Part shown: one piece after another, positions 62,401 to 64,000 of the stretch
How positions within the stretch are numbered: the stretch's first letter is position 1
Layout: each line of letters opens with the position of its first letter
DNA from: Bugula neritina
Lineage: Eukaryota; Animalia; Bryozoa
NCBI GenBank assembly: GCA_964035545.1
Contig: OZ037770.1
Location: 992,001-1,056,000 of the forward strand
Direction: 5' to 3'
DNA: 64,000 nucleotides
Notes under the pieces: model-generated
Told to the model about the DNA's origin: nothing
Databases searched by the model: none
What the model saw: only the letters and a program-made list of their open reading frames with translations
Made by a program: the position numbers and the translations under genes

Positions 62401-63738
62401 TGCTTCTAGTAAATTACTTGCCTGAATTGTCACCTGAAGGCAGCTCATGCCCAACCCAAAACCTACCGTGTCCATGTAAATATGATTGGGTCTACAATAG
62501 CCAATCAAATAACACCTCACATATTCAGATTAAACGGCCCATATTGTAGGATAGTTTTTCTATTTCTTAAAGTTGCTCAAGTCAAGTTTATTACAAACAG
62601 GGCGCATTGGTGTCAACTAAAATGCCAAGTATGGGTGCTAAAAGGATATATATTATTATGATATCTATTCAAACTAAATGCTAAACTTTTTGGTATTTTC
62701 AAATATTTTGTGATTTCCCTTACAGCATCTAAAAATAGTTATCTTTTAATTTCATGGCAATGGCACTGGAAAATATCCCGCCAATGGCCATCACAAAACT
62801 GCAGAGTGTACTATACTTGTTAATCTGACAGAGAACTCTCGTAAGTTCAAAAGGTCGCACACACTTACTTGGCATCAGCACTGCCCTCTGTTGGGAGATC
62901 CTCTATCCACGGTTGAGGGGTGTTTACATCCACAAATATCGGCGCATTAATATCCACTTTCTTTCCTCTTCTTTCCGGGATGTTCCGAGTCAAAGCCTTG
63001 AATTTTTGACGAGTATTGTTGATTGCCACATCGGGCCAGAACAGAGATCTGTAAAATGATCTCTAGAGTTACATATAAACTTAGTCTCTGAAACTATTTC
63101 ACAACATGTGTTTTGAAAATGTTTCTTTCACTTTCCTTGTCTTAGTATAGAAATGGTAAACACTATGACACGTGTCACAGGTGAGTAATACACTATGATA
63201 CATGTCACAGGTGATTAATGCACTATGACAGAAATCACAGGTGAGTGATACACTATAATAGATAAAATAAATACTTCAGAACAAGGTAAACGTACCTTGA
63301 TATACTAGTTGCAGGTGAAGGTGGTTGCTCAGGGTAAGTAAAAGACGGACAACCGAGTCTTGGGAAGGAAGTAATAGACAACACAGTCTCATCAGAATGT
63401 TCCAGAAGTGAGTGAATGTGGTTCCTGCGTCTATTCATATTATCTTCTACAGCCTTGAAGTGTGAGCTCAGGGCACCTGTTAAAATAGAGTAACATGTGC
63501 TTGTCGTGGTCCACAATTGACACATTAAAGAGCACCTGCTCAATCATGTCCAGTGAATTGACATTTCACTATTCAATGTATCCAATAAACTATAAAAGTT
63601 GAAACCACTTTTGATACGAAATTCATTACTACTAGCTGGTATCTTTTACAAAAATCAATACATACCAAAGGGTTTTCCAGGCATGCCCTCAATCACATAA
63701 CTAGAGTACTCATGAGCCCAGTCTGCATCTGCACAGCC
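59445..63738 (-). CDS. GCLC: Glutamate-cysteine ligase catalytic subunit, copy 2 (first exons lie beyond the window)
   Basis: Exon-by-exon paralogue of 42253-47861 with the same intron positions. Stop at 59445. Confidence 0.9.
59812..60047 (-). repeat. 34-bp minisatellite containing the exon end and 5' splice site (7 copies)
   Basis: Same unit as 43195-43325. Confidence 0.92.
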
Positions 63739-64000
63739 CTGAAAGTAAATTGTCCAATTCTATTGCTTTTCGAAGAAGATTATTTGAGGGTCAATTCACA
63801 ACCTCGGTCTTTCATAGACAATCATTGTGTCAAAGTGAAAAGAAGTTTGAATATATTATAACTTACAAAAAAGATTTCCTCTCCCACTACAGTCGATTTA
63901 AATGAAAAAGATGAAGTAATGAATTCTTCTACTCAACCCATTGCTGTGATTTTAGTAAAGTTAAAAGGGGCTATAAAGGGTGGAAAATGCTGAGCTGATA

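Overview
AT-rich, intron-rich animal (probably invertebrate) genomic window; the species cannot be identified from sequence alone. Host genes: (1) a ~2022-aa minus-strand protein with an N-terminal GlnD/DUF294-like nucleotidyltransferase (NTase) domain and a long TPR solenoid, including 17 near-identical 132-bp repeats that vary mainly on one helical face; (2) an unrecognised secreted protein; (3) UFSP1-like protease; (4) AGK; (5) TK2/dNK with two candidate alternative first exons; (6,7) two tandem, diverged GCLC paralogues. Mobile DNA: an inverted pair of Penelope-like fragments, each with a minimal hammerhead ribozyme; a young BEL/Pao LTR element that lacks RT, has no tRNA PBS but a Tf1-like self-priming complementarity, and has no PPT; a young Gypsy element with an extra C2H2 zinc-finger ORF; plus MITEs, tRNA-derived repeats and minisatellites. 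The best candidates for undescribed biology are the NTase-hypervariable-TPR putative sensor-enzyme and the apparently self-priming BEL element. Gene models were built by eye from GT-AG sites and frame continuity. No database search was run.
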